Positions 1 through 9,611 are shown, counted from the first letter of the stretch. The stretch: DNA of 59,974 nucleotides from an uncultured Candidatus Saccharibacteria bacterium (GCA_964392095.1 CAYMOF010000006.1:1-59974), one strand, 5' to 3'. Numbers and translations: made by a program. Notes: generated from the letters alone by a model not told the origin.

Positions 1-91
1 GGTGAAGGGTACACTGAGGAAATTTTAGCATATAAATATTAATTGTGCGCATGGGGGAAATTTTGCCTAATTAAGGCTTTATATTGCGTCT

Positions 92-100
92 TGTGGATAA
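92..100 (-). promoter_or_regulatory. Single perfect DnaA box (TTATCCACA)
   Basis: TGTGGATAA on the + strand; isolated, no cluster seen. Confidence 0.4.
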
Positions 101-250
101 GTTGTCAAAATTTGTTAACTTTTTATGACGACTTTTCCGTTGATGAGGGGTGTTTTTTGGGGTAGTGTTTTAGTCTCATTTGTAAGAAGTGAGGGCTAGT
201 CTTGAGTGGTCTAGTAAAAAATAAGGTGTTCTTTCCAAAGGAGAGACGGG

Positions 251-1321
251 ATGAAAATTACGGTTGTTGTTGGAGACATTGGAGCTGCTAAAGAGTTAGT
301 GCCGGTTGTTGAAGTATTGAGGAAAAAGGGACATCAGGTCGCCTGGATTGTTGACAGGCTGGAGAAAGCCAGAGCTATTCTGAATGATGTCTGTGTTCCG
401 GTAACTGATTGCGTTCCAGAGCATGCTGATAAGTTCGACATCATAGCCGTGGGCACATCGGCAACGGCGGTGCAAGCTCAAATTGAATGGACGCGCGCCG
501 GTCATAATAAAGGAGTTATGGTTGCCTGGTATGAAGACTTGTGGGGTACGGGCGAAAGGTCTGTAACCAGAGAAGTCGATCCGGACTGTATGCTAGTTAT
601 TAACCAGGCGGCCGCAGAAATTGCCCGGCAAGTAAGACCCGGGCTGGATTGCAGGGTGGTCGGCAAGCCGACTTTTAAGATTTTGACCACTTATACAATC
701 GAGCGTGTCGCCGAAATCCGAAATCATGCAAGGTCAGGGTTGGGGATGGCAGATAACAATGTTTTGATTGTATATTGGAGCGGAGGTGATTATGAACGGG
801 CGAAGGTTCATCTTGACTGGTTTGTGAAATTGTTAGCAGGCTTAAAACTTTCCTCTGGTGCTCTCAAGATCGCCTTAAAAATACATCCCAAAATGATTCG
901 CGGGGACGAATTGGGAGAAGAAGCAAGAGAGCTGATTCCGAATCTAAATTTAGCGGACAATGCTCATAAAGTGGGTCCAGTGGAGTTGAATTGCGCGGCT
1001 GATTTGGTGCTGAGCGAGTTTGACAACACCCAGACTTATACGGCCGCGGCTGTGGGTGCTTTGCCAATGATCGCCATGGTGCCTGATAATCTTGAAGAGA
1101 GGAGGCAGTGCGGCTTCCCTAAAGGCACTCCCCCGTTTATAAAACATGGGCTGGGAATTGGAGTTGAGAGCAGTGATGAAATTGCTTATCACATAAGAAG
1201 GGTGGTCGCCGGCCTAAACATAAAACGGAGGGCACAGGCGGCACGAGAATTTCTTGGACAGGCCATGGGGTCCGGAGCTGATGAGAGAATTGCGCAAGCA
1301 ATTCTTGAATTGATCAGATAG
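251..1321 (+). CDS. Hypothetical protein, probable GT-B fold glycosyltransferase-like
   Basis: 356 aa ORF with SD (AAGGAG). Two Rossmann-like halves, VVGKPTF, KIHPK, ADLVLS and a C-terminal GADERIAQAI helix typical of GT-B proteins. Confidence 0.55.
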   Translation: MKITVVVGDIGAAKELVPVVEVLRKKGHQVAWIVDRLEKARAILNDVCVPVTDCVPEHADKFDIIAVGTSATAVQAQIEWTRAGHNKGVMVAWYEDLWGTGERSVTREVDPDCMLVINQAAAEIARQVRPGLDCRVVGKPTFKILTTYTIERVAEIRNHARSGLGMADNNVLIVYWSGGDYERAKVHLDWFVKLLAGLKLSSGALKIALKIHPKMIRGDELGEEARELIPNLNLADNAHKVGPVELNCAADLVLSEFDNTQTYTAAAVGALPMIAMVPDNLEERRQCGFPKGTPPFIKHGLGIGVESSDEIAYHIRRVVAGLNIKRRAQAAREFLGQAMGSGADERIAQAILELIR

Positions 1322-1494
1322 CCAGTAGCCAGGTTTTTCCAGAGTCAAATTTATACCACTTTCTTTTAAATTTAAGCTTTTAAGGAAGTGGTTTTTTCTT
1401 TGACTAATTGTGAAGGCGGGAGTATACATGCAGGGATTAGTTCGTCGGCTCTTTTTACATGTTTGTTTAGGTTCGTCCAAGAAGGAGATGAGTC

Positions 1495-1854
1495 ATGGGA
1501 AAGCAAGGGGAACAAAGATTAAATGTGAGTGAAGTGGATGATGTAACTGTGGTTCATTTTAGGGACCAGAGGATTTGGGAGGACTTAGTCGTTCAGGAAA
1601 TAAGGCGGGAGTTGCTGGCTGTGGTAAACGATGACGGTGTAGAGAGGGTCTTGTTGAATTTGTCGAGTGTCTCGTTCGCTTCCAGTCCTTTTTTTCAAGC
1701 CCTTATTGATTTTGATAAAAAAGCCAAGAAAAAGGGAGTTATAGTGACTCTTTGTTCTATTCGGCCGGAGGTATATGAGGTTTTTGCGATCACTCGTCTG
1801 GACAAGCTATTTAATATCCGGAGAGACGAGTCAGATGGTCTGGGATCGTTTTGA
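1495..1854 (+). CDS. STAS domain protein (anti-sigma factor antagonist family)
   Basis: VLLNLSSVSFASS and IRPEVYEVFAITRLDKLF motifs; SD GAAGGAG; terminator downstream. Confidence 0.9.
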   Translation: MGKQGEQRLNVSEVDDVTVVHFRDQRIWEDLVVQEIRRELLAVVNDDGVERVLLNLSSVSFASSPFFQALIDFDKKAKKKGVIVTLCSIRPEVYEVFAITRLDKLFNIRRDESDGLGSF

Positions 1855-1915
1855 GGGGCAAGTTGTAGTCACCTGGTGACTAAAGGGCGCGTTTATTATA
1901 AATGGATGTTCTCTT

Positions 1916-1943
1916 AAAGACCCCAGCGCGAGGGTCTTTTTTT
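1916..1943 (+). terminator. Rho-independent terminator after the STAS gene
   Basis: AAAGACCC-loop-GGGTCTTT followed by a T-run. Confidence 0.75.
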
Positions 1944-2008
1944 GAGTAATAAGTAGTGGAGGGTTTTTTGTTGATTTTTTTAGGCATTTAGGTTATCTTT
2001 TGCCCATT

Positions 2009-2815
2009 ATGAGCGTAATAAAAGAAACCACAAAAAAAGTTAAAAAAGCGGCTGTAGGTTCTGTGGAGAAGGCGGAGTTGCCTAAATTAATAGATATGTT
2101 GGAAGCGGGGGTGCATTTTGGACACGAAAGAAGTAAAAAAAACCCGGCCATGGATAAATACATTTTTATGATAAGAAACAGGATGACTATTATTGACTTA
2201 GAAAAGACGCAGGAGAAACTGGATGAGGCGGTAAAATTTTTGCAGGAAATAAGCAAAGACCCATCAGCTGAAATTGTGTTTGTGGGTACGAAGCGTCAAG
2301 CAAGGGACATTGTGAGAAAATACGCGGAAGCGGTTGATATGCCTTATGTGACTAAAAGATGGCTGGGCGGCACTTTGACCAACTTTATGACAGTTTTGAA
2401 AAGCATCGAGAAGCTGGAAGAGCTGTTAGGAATGTCGAAGGCTGATATAGATAAAATGACAAAGAAGGAAAAGGCGGTGCGTCAAAAGGAGATAGAAAGA
2501 CTGGAAGAGGTTTTAGAGGGTATAAAAAACCTGAAGAAGTTGCCGAAGGCTTTGGTGGTGGTCGGCGCTTACGATGAGAAATTGGCGGTAAAAGAGGCTA
2601 AGAAGATTAATATTCCAGTTATTGGAATAACCGACACAAACGCCAACCCCTCTTTGGTTGATTATCCTGTTCCTGCTAACGATGACGCGATTCGTTCGAT
2701 TGAGATGGTGGTGGGAGCGATGGCTAAAGCGATTGCTTCGGCCCGAGGCAAAAAGCTGATTTTAAAAAGCGAGGAAGACAAAGAGGAGAAAAAGGTGGAA
2801 GAAAAGAGCGAATAA
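2009..2815 (+). CDS. rpsB: 30S ribosomal protein S2
   Basis: MLEAGVHFGH, RWLGGTLTN, PANDDAIRS motifs; ATG 2009 preferred over TTG 2000. Confidence 0.98.
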   Translation: MSVIKETTKKVKKAAVGSVEKAELPKLIDMLEAGVHFGHERSKKNPAMDKYIFMIRNRMTIIDLEKTQEKLDEAVKFLQEISKDPSAEIVFVGTKRQARDIVRKYAEAVDMPYVTKRWLGGTLTNFMTVLKSIEKLEELLGMSKADIDKMTKKEKAVRQKEIERLEEVLEGIKNLKKLPKALVVVGAYDEKLAVKEAKKINIPVIGITDTNANPSLVDYPVPANDDAIRSIEMVVGAMAKAIASARGKKLILKSEEDKEEKKVEEKSE

Positions 2816-2869
2816 TTGCATGGTAAAATAAGCGGATGATATTTTTATAAGTAGATGTATATAATTAAT

Positions 2870-3457
2870 ATGACCTCAAGCGCTAAACAGATAAAAGAAC
2901 TTAGAGACCGCACGGGGTGCGGCATCATGGATTGCAAGGATGCCTTAAAAGGATCGGCTGGTGGTCTTGAAAAGGCGGTTTTGTTGTTGAGGAAAAAAGG
3001 CAAGGCGCAAGCGGAGAAAAAGGCGAGCCGGGAAACAAAAGAAGGGGTAATTGCTTCTTATATGCATGGTAATAATAAAATTGGAGTAATGGTGAGCTTG
3101 TTATGCGAGACGGATTTTGTGGCTAGAAATGAGAGGTTTAAAGAGCTGGCTCATAATATTGCTTTGCATGTGGCGGCCATGGACCCTATGGCAGTGTCGC
3201 CGGAAGACGTGCCTGAAGAAACGGTGAATCAAGAAAAAGAAATTGCACATGAGCAGGCCGAGACAAGCGGCAAACCTGACGAGATAAAAGAAAAAATGGT
3301 GGAAGGCAAGTTAAAGAAATTTAAGGAGGAAAGGGCTTTGTTGACACAGGCTTACGTAAAAGATCAAAATAAAACAGTGGAAGACGTTATTAAAGAAGCG
3401 GTCGCGGAGTTGGGTGAGAATATTTCCGTGGGAAAATTTGTAAGGCTGGCAATTTAG
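2870..3457 (+). CDS. tsf: Elongation factor Ts (short form)
   Basis: IKELRDRTGCGIMDCKDAL, CETDFVA motifs; follows rpsB; start could be 2855. Confidence 0.97.
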   Translation: MTSSAKQIKELRDRTGCGIMDCKDALKGSAGGLEKAVLLLRKKGKAQAEKKASRETKEGVIASYMHGNNKIGVMVSLLCETDFVARNERFKELAHNIALHVAAMDPMAVSPEDVPEETVNQEKEIAHEQAETSGKPDEIKEKMVEGKLKKFKEERALLTQAYVKDQNKTVEDVIKEAVAELGENISVGKFVRLAI

Positions 3458-3481
3458 CTAACCAAGTTAATCCGACCTATT

Positions 3482-3515
3482 AAAATCGTCTCGTAAAAAG
3501 CGAGGCGGGTTTTTA
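3482..3515 (+). terminator. Terminator after tsf
   Basis: AAAATCGTCTCG...CGAGGCGGGTTTT hairpin with T-tail. Confidence 0.6.
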
Positions 3516-3646
3516 TTTGGCTACAGTTTTGTCCGAACAAGGGACAAATTGCGGAATTCGGTGGGAAAACTGTTTATAAGTCTTTATGTTTTTCACTTGG
3601 CGAGCGGTTAAATGATTGATAGAATTTGTGCAGATGTATTAAAGAG

Positions 3647-4957
3647 ATGCTATACGATATCCTTCCACCACTTGTTTTTTTGATATCACTAGGGGGAATA
3701 GTGGTGGTAGTGTCGCGCATAGTGTTGCGGGTAAAGAGAGCTCAAAATATCGATAAAATACATAATGATACGGTGGCTGTGGCCGGGTCACGAAGTGGGT
3801 TTGGTTTTAAAGGAAAAGAACTGGCTAATTTAGTCGGACCGACACAAAAAAGTGTTCATGTGATGAAAAATCGGATGGCCTTAGCAGGTTCAGCTATTGC
3901 ATCCTTTTTGGTTTCTATTAAAAGGTTTTTGTTGAGTCTTAATATAAAAAATTTAAAAAAGAAGATTTTAATAGAAAGACGGGATAAGCAAGGGGTTAGA
4001 AATAAAAACAATAAGGAACAGAGTTATGTTAGGGAAGAAAATAACGTGGTGAGTCCCCCCTCATCGGTTGTCGGCAGATTGTCAGACAAATTTAAAGTGA
4101 TGGAAATAAGGCCTGTGGCCAAGAGATTTGCTTCCAGGGCGAAAAAGGCGGGCGGAACTATAAACAAGCGAGCGAAAGATATAAAAGGAAAAGCGAATTC
4201 GAAAGCTTTTATGAAAGCAATAAGGACATCTGTTTCCAACAAGGAAGCTTTGGATGAGGGCGTAGCAGATGATTACAAAAAAATACCTGGTAAGTTACCA
4301 GGGGAATTTTTTGTGAACAAAGAAAGTTCGCAATTAGAAAAGAAGATACCAGACGTAACAGACGTTGATAGCGACAATGAAGAAAAAACAGTTAAGCCGC
4401 AAACTGGTAAAGATGACATTATCGATCGAAGAAAAGCTATAGAGATTACGTTGAAGGAGTCAACTGAAGAAAATGAAGAGAAAAAGAAAATAAGCGAAAC
4501 TAAAACTCCGAAAACTAAACCACTGGCTAAGTTTTTCCATAAGGAAGAAAAACAGGAAACGTCAATAGAAAAGGCGAAGAAGGCGCTGAAAAAAGCTCGT
4601 TACTTTGACGTGGAAGACACGTTAATTCCTTTTATTGTCAAGCATCCGCGAGATGCAAGAGCTTACATGATATTGGGAAGAGCGGCTATGGGAAGAGAGG
4701 CTTGGGATGAAGCGGTGGAAGCTTTTGAACAAGTAGTGAGGATAAATCCGGAGACAAAAAATTGCTACGCGGAATTAGGATACGCGGTTTACAAGGCAGG
4801 CAAGATAACCAAAGCGATTGAGTTTTTGCAAAAAGCTCATAGTGCTGACCCGCAGAATATCAAGATTATCAGGCAGTTGTTAGAAATAGCGCAAAGAATG
4901 GATAATGTGCCAATGCAAAAAACTCTTAAGGAAGAGTTAGAGGCGGTTGAAAATTAG
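3647..4957 (+). CDS. Membrane-anchored TPR-repeat protein
   Basis: N-terminal TM helix, long Lys/Glu-rich linker, C-terminal TPRs (AYMILGRAAM..WDEAVEAFEQVVRINP; YAELGYAVYKAGKITKAIEFLQKA). Confidence 0.8.
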   Translation: MLYDILPPLVFLISLGGIVVVVSRIVLRVKRAQNIDKIHNDTVAVAGSRSGFGFKGKELANLVGPTQKSVHVMKNRMALAGSAIASFLVSIKRFLLSLNIKNLKKKILIERRDKQGVRNKNNKEQSYVREENNVVSPPSSVVGRLSDKFKVMEIRPVAKRFASRAKKAGGTINKRAKDIKGKANSKAFMKAIRTSVSNKEALDEGVADDYKKIPGKLPGEFFVNKESSQLEKKIPDVTDVDSDNEEKTVKPQTGKDDIIDRRKAIEITLKESTEENEEKKKISETKTPKTKPLAKFFHKEEKQETSIEKAKKALKKARYFDVEDTLIPFIVKHPRDARAYMILGRAAMGREAWDEAVEAFEQVVRINPETKNCYAELGYAVYKAGKITKAIEFLQKAHSADPQNIKIIRQLLEIAQRMDNVPMQKTLKEELEAVEN

Positions 4958-5448
4958 TAGTTGCGGGACAGGGAAATAACAGCGTTCAGACTAACAAGAA
5001 AAGCCAGGGCAACAGCGAAAATAAACAGAGTCGAGAAGCCGGTGGCGGCGGTAGGAGATACGTCTTGAGCGGCCAGGATTTTTCCGTGCTCATTATAACC
5101 CCCTACTGGTCCTGTTTCTTTGTTTTCTTGCTCTTTTGCGGATGTGGCCGCGGGCTGATTGTTTTCTTCTTCTGGAGTTTGATTATTTGTATTTTCTGCC
5201 ACTACAAGAGGTTCTTGAGAGGGTTCATTTTCTAGGGCTTTTTCTTGTTCTTCCGGTTTTTCTTGTTCCTCCGCGGATGTTGCGTCTGCTTCGTTTAATT
5301 CCGCCGCTAGTTCAGCAGATTCAGGGGTTTCGGTAGCTTCGACAGCGGGCTGGGTGTCATTTGAGCGGCTAAAATAGTAAAAAGCTCCGCCGGATAAGAA
5401 GATAGCGACTATTAGAGCTGTTAAGACAATCGATCTTTGTTCAATCAT
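4954..5448 (-). CDS. Hypothetical membrane protein with N- and C-terminal TM helices and an acidic disordered linker
   Basis: 164 aa ORF, two hydrophobic segments, TTGACA-containing promoter candidate upstream. Confidence 0.75.
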   Translation of the reverse strand: MIEQRSIVLTALIVAIFLSGGAFYYFSRSNDTQPAVEATETPESAELAAELNEADATSAEEQEKPEEQEKALENEPSQEPLVVAENTNNQTPEEENNQPAATSAKEQENKETGPVGGYNEHGKILAAQDVSPTAATGFSTLFIFAVALAFLVSLNAVISLSRNY

Positions 5449-5661
5449 GGTTGTTTTTATTTAAATCCTTGGGATTTTAAATGTTATATCGATACTTGAG
5501 TTTTTGTCAAATTCTTTTTGGTAGGTTAACCTCCCAACTTAAAAGTCCTTTGCGGTATATTTGTGATCAATTAACCCGTTGGCAGTCTCAAAAGTGCTGG
5601 ACGAGTACAATGGGTTGAAAAAAAATTACTGGCGTGTTAGGTTATGATTCTAAAGATTTAT

Positions 5662-5958
5662 ATGAAGAAAAAAATACATCCCCAATATTTCGACAAGGCA
5701 GTAATTAAATGCTCGTGTGGAAACAGCGTTGAGACCGGCTCTACTCGCGAACAAATTGAGGTTGAGGTATGTTCGGCCTGTCACCCTTTTTATACCGGTA
5801 AACAGAAGCTGGTTGACGTGGCCGGCCGCATTGACAGGTTTAAGAAGCGCTTAGAAGGGGCTGATGTGCGGCAGGCGGCGTGGCGCAAAGTTGAAAACAA
5901 AAGGGACAAAAAGAGTGTTAAGAAAAAGACTGATTCAGGAGAGGTGAAAATTGGATAA
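5662..5958 (+). CDS. rpmE: 50S ribosomal protein L31 (Zn-binding type)
   Basis: [37 protein letters not shown]. Confidence 0.98.
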   Translation: MKKKIHPQYFDKAVIKCSCGNSVETGSTREQIEVEVCSACHPFYTGKQKLVDVAGRIDRFKKRLEGADVRQAAWRKVENKRDKKSVKKKTDSGEVKIG

Positions 5959-6029
5959 GCTCGTATTATATTAAGTTACGGGTTAACAGGGGTTATTTCT
6001 GTTAAGATAAGTTAAGCTAGTTAGTTTTT

Positions 6030-7115
6030 ATGAGCGCGGAAAATGAACAATTAAATATTGACTCTCTGGGCGCTAGAATAGAAGATATAAATCTTGAGAT
6101 AGCTAATCCGGAGACGGCCCGTGATAATAAGCGCATGCGCGAGTTGGTTAATGAGCTTAATAATAAAAAAGAGCTTCTCGGCTTGATGAAAAAAAGGGGG
6201 AAGTGCGAACAGGAAATAAGGGGTTTAGATAGAATGAGTGGATCCCAAGAAGACGAAATGCGGTCTTTGGTAGATGAAGAAAAGTTGCGCTTAACAAAAG
6301 AATTAGAAAATATTAATTCTCAAATTGAAGAGTTTTTGATTGAACGCGATCCGCGCGACGAAAGAGATGTTATTTTGGAGATAAGGGCTGGTACCGGAGG
6401 GGAAGAATCGGCGCTTTTCGCGCAAGAATTGTTTAGGGCTTACAGCCGATACGCCGAGGAAAAAGGTTGGAAAGTACATACCGTCAGTAAGTCAATGAGC
6501 GAACAGGGGGGGGTTAAAGAAGTAATCGCGGAGATAAAAGGAGAAGGAGTTTTTGGCAAACTAAAGCATGAAAGGGGCGTACATAGAGTACAAAGGGTGC
6601 CGCAAACAGAAAAACAGGGCCGGGTGCACACTTCAACAGTAACGGTAGCTGTCCTGCCTCAAGCGGAAGAAACGGATATAGAAATAAAGCCAGAGGATTT
6701 ACGGGTTGATACTTATAGAGCGGGAGGAGCCGGAGGACAGCACGTGAATAAGACAAGTTCGGCTGTGCGAATAACCCACTTGCCTACAGGTACGGTGGTA
6801 GCAGTCCAGGACGAGCGCAGTCAGTATAAGAATAAAGCTAAAGCTGTGAGTATTTTGAGGTCCCGCCTCTTAGACAGACAGGAAGAAGAAAAGCTGCAAA
6901 AGGAAGCCCAGGAAAGACGCCAACAGGTGGGAACCGGCGGAAGATCGGAGAAAATCCGTACTTATAATTTTCCTCAAGACAGGGTCACTGACCACCGTCT
7001 GAAGCAGTCCTGGAAGAATATTGCTTCCATAATGGAGGGCCAAATGGAAGCAATATTAGAGTCTTTAGCCGAATTGGAAAAGGAGCCTTTTAATGACAAT
7101 AAAAGAGGCGCTTAA
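6030..7115 (+). CDS. prfA: Peptide chain release factor 1
   Basis: GVHRVQRVPQTE (PxT), GAGGQHVN, RTYNFPQDRVTDHR. Confidence 0.98.
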   Translation: MSAENEQLNIDSLGARIEDINLEIANPETARDNKRMRELVNELNNKKELLGLMKKRGKCEQEIRGLDRMSGSQEDEMRSLVDEEKLRLTKELENINSQIEEFLIERDPRDERDVILEIRAGTGGEESALFAQELFRAYSRYAEEKGWKVHTVSKSMSEQGGVKEVIAEIKGEGVFGKLKHERGVHRVQRVPQTEKQGRVHTSTVTVAVLPQAEETDIEIKPEDLRVDTYRAGGAGGQHVNKTSSAVRITHLPTGTVVAVQDERSQYKNKAKAVSILRSRLLDRQEEEKLQKEAQERRQQVGTGGRSEKIRTYNFPQDRVTDHRLKQSWKNIASIMEGQMEAILESLAELEKEPFNDNKRGA

Positions 7116-7881
7116 AGACGCCTGTAAACGTTTAATGGCTGTATCTGACGCGCCCAGCCTGGACGCAGAAGAGATATTGCTAGGGATTATTGGTGAACAA
7201 GAAGCAGGTAAGCTTTATACGTATAAAGACAGAGGGTTGAGCGAAGATCAGGTAATAAAGATGAATGAATTAGTGAGGAGAAGACAAAAGGGAGAGCCGC
7301 TGGCTTATATTAAAGGCGAGTGGGATTTTTACGGAAGATCTTTTTATGTGGATAGGCGGGTATTAGTCCCCCGCCCGACCACCGAAGATTTAATTGATAA
7401 AGCGTTAGAGGAAATTAATAAACTGCTTGCCAGAAAAAGAAAAATTGTGGTAGCGGATATCGGCACCGGTAGCGGATGCGTGGCCATTACCTTGTTACTA
7501 GAATTAGGAAGCAAGTCTCAAAGATTAGAATTGGTAGCCACAGATGTTTCGAGGCCAGCCTTGGAGATAGCGAAAAAAAACGCTGACAGGTACGGAGTAA
7601 GCAAGGTTATTGAATTTACAGAGGGAGATTTACTGGATCCATTGAAGGAACACAGGGCTGATTTGGTTGTCAGCAACCCTCCCTATGTTACCTCTAGAGA
7701 GATAGAAAGGGCTTACTTCTCCCCTACTGTCGAAACGACAGGATTAAAATATGAGCCGCGAATTTCTCTAGATGGAGGCAAAGATGGAAATAAGATAGTC
7801 AATAAGATAAAGAGGTCGGGTTTGCCTTTTGTTATGGAAATTCAAAACGGAGAGGTGATTCTTGGTAATTTGCTGGATTAA
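7093..7881 (+). CDS. prmC: Release factor glutamine methyltransferase (C-terminally short)
   Basis: GEPLAYI, VLVPRPTTE, DIGTGSGC, SNPPY; overlaps the prfA end. Confidence 0.95.
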   Translation: MTIKEALKDACKRLMAVSDAPSLDAEEILLGIIGEQEAGKLYTYKDRGLSEDQVIKMNELVRRRQKGEPLAYIKGEWDFYGRSFYVDRRVLVPRPTTEDLIDKALEEINKLLARKRKIVVADIGTGSGCVAITLLLELGSKSQRLELVATDVSRPALEIAKKNADRYGVSKVIEFTEGDLLDPLKEHRADLVVSNPPYVTSREIERAYFSPTVETTGLKYEPRISLDGGKDGNKIVNKIKRSGLPFVMEIQNGEVILGNLLD

Positions 7882-7921
7882 GATTGTCTCCTGATAAGAT
7901 TGATGATTTTTATAACTTGAA

Positions 7922-7947
7922 GAAAAAAGAGCGAGAGACTCTCGCTC
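7922..7947 (-). terminator. Terminator for the 8012-8254 gene
   Basis: Perfect inverted repeat GAGCGAGAG-A-CTCTCGCTC followed by T6 on the - strand. Confidence 0.7.
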
Positions 7948-8011
7948 GAAAAAAGATCCAAGCAGGAAACACAACAAAGCGACTGGCGTAATGTTCAGCG
8001 GACAAAATTTT

Positions 8012-8254
8012 TTAGCGCCCGGGCGGTTTCGCTAATTCGATTCTTCTTAAGACCGCAATTGAACATGTTTCGCTGTAACGAGGATTGGCTCCACAACATA
8101 CAGCACATCGGTTCACGCTATGTATTTTTGCTCCTTCTGGTATAGGCCACGTAGGAGAAATTCTCTCTGTTTCTACTTTTCCGTTTGTCGTGGCGACTTG
8201 CCTCCAAAAACAGTTTGCGCAAACAGTAATCTGAAGCTGGCCGTTTCCCATCAT
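8012..8254 (-). CDS. Small hypothetical protein with two CxxC motifs (putative Zn finger)
   Basis: CANC...CAVC; own promoter TTGACC-17-TAACAT, AAGGA upstream, terminator downstream. Confidence 0.6.
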   Translation of the reverse strand: MMGNGQLQITVCANCFWRQVATTNGKVETERISPTWPIPEGAKIHSVNRCAVCCGANPRYSETCSIAVLRRIELAKPPGR

Positions 8255-8327
8255 AATTTATCAGTCCTTTTTGTTTTAGAAGGAGGTGGTCCTTGATGGT
8301 TGGTAAAGAGCAAACCAAATTATCAGA

Positions 8328-8356
8328 ATGTTAATTGATTTTGACAAATTGGTCAA
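8328..8356 (-). promoter_or_regulatory. sigma70-type promoter
   Basis: TTGACC-17 bp-TAACAT. Confidence 0.6.
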
Positions 8357-8409
8357 CTGCTCTATTTTGTAAGTAAAAAAGAAAGTGCCGACTAGCGCTT
8401 TCTAGGTAT

Positions 8410-9144
8410 TTATTTTTGCTCGGCCGGGGGTGTAGATTCTGGTTTGCCGCCACTTTTTTCTTCTTCTTTGGTGTCCGTATCTGGGGACTCTTCTTCCTCC
8501 TCTTTATCTTTAACGCCTTCTACTGATTCAACTTCGTCTTTTACTTCTTCAGATAGCTCTGCTAATTCTTCTTCCGTTCTAGGAGGTTGAACAAGGGCCA
8601 CCACGTCTTCTTCGTCCTGGAAAATGGTTACCGTGTCAGGAAGATTTAGGTCTTTAATGTGAATCGCTTTTTCGAAGTCGTTAAGAAAAGAGGTGTCCAC
8701 TTCAATGTCGTGAATAAGGTCTTTCGGCAAAGCTTCAATTTCTATTTCATCAATGCTTCTTACCAAAACACCACCTAGGTCTTTTACGGCTTTGGACTCT
8801 CCGGTAAAAATCAGAGGAACATTTGTTCTAATGGGCTTATCCATTTTTACCTGATAGAAGTCTATGTGAAGAAGGTCTTCGGTAACGGGGTGAAACTGTG
8901 TTTCTCTAATCAGAACTATATGGTTATTTTCTTTTTCGGAATCTTTTGGATCTTTAAGCGAAAGATTTATTAATGAGGTGTAGCCGGCTTGTTCAAAAAC
9001 ATTACTAAACTCTTTATAACTAACTTTAATGGGTTGGCTTTTTGTTCCGTGCCCATAAAGGATAGCTGGAACATCTCCTTCCGCGCGGGTTTTGTTAGGC
9101 TTATCGACAATGGGAGTAGCTGAAATTTGAGCTCTTTTTACCAT
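8410..9144 (-). CDS. rplY: 50S ribosomal protein L25/Ctc
   Basis: VPAILYGHG, QFHPVTEDLLHIDFY, GESKAVKDLGGVL, acidic tail. Confidence 0.96.
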   Translation of the reverse strand: MVKRAQISATPIVDKPNKTRAEGDVPAILYGHGTKSQPIKVSYKEFSNVFEQAGYTSLINLSLKDPKDSEKENNHIVLIRETQFHPVTEDLLHIDFYQVKMDKPIRTNVPLIFTGESKAVKDLGGVLVRSIDEIEIEALPKDLIHDIEVDTSFLNDFEKAIHIKDLNLPDTVTIFQDEEDVVALVQPPRTEEELAELSEEVKDEVESVEGVKDKEEEEESPDTDTKEEEKSGGKPESTPPAEQK

Positions 9145-9237
9145 TTGTTTTTAACTAAATTAAGAATATAACAGATATAAATCTGTTATATAGTAAGGCA
9201 TTTATTACCTTGCCCTATCTTAAATCAAACGGGAATG

Positions 9238-9573
9238 TTAGTCAACTGCTGGTTTTGTAAGACGTTTTACGGCCAAGTGTCGTTTCTTTTCCAGGAGTTC
9301 GTAAACAGAAAGGAGGTCATTACTAGTTATTTCTTTAGAAGATAAAAATTTCTTAGTGTCTTCCGGAGTCATATCAGTTACAAGCCCCAGGCTGACTACG
9401 CCGAGTCCGGACATAGCCACGATTGCCAAGATTGAGCTAGAACACTCCGAGCAAGTTATATAGACCATGGTGGCGTCTTTCTCTTCGCCTATTACCTGGG
9501 CGCCGTCAAGGTCATACTCGGCGCTACAGAAAGGACAACGGGTGACTAAATTCATGTTGTTGTCATGTATCAT
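9238..9573 (-). CDS. Conserved hypothetical Zn-ribbon protein
   Basis: CPFC...CSEC, GLVTDMT; start 9573 or 9555, since the longer start overlaps the promoter. Confidence 0.8.
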   Translation of the reverse strand: MIHDNNMNLVTRCPFCSAEYDLDGAQVIGEEKDATMVYITCSECSSSILAIVAMSGLGVVSLGLVTDMTPEDTKKFLSSKEITSNDLLSVYELLEKKRHLAVKRLTKPAVD

Positions 9574-9582
9574 ACTACTAGT

Positions 9583-9611
9583 ATGATAGCGCAAAAAAAA
9601 CTATATGTCAA
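9583..9611 (-). promoter_or_regulatory. sigma70-type promoter
   Basis: TTGACA-17 bp-TATCAT. Confidence 0.75.

Noticed and set aside
1..250. oriC suggested by a perfect DnaA box at 92-100
   Set aside because: Only one box is visible, with no dnaA/dnaN and no box cluster; the upstream context is outside the window
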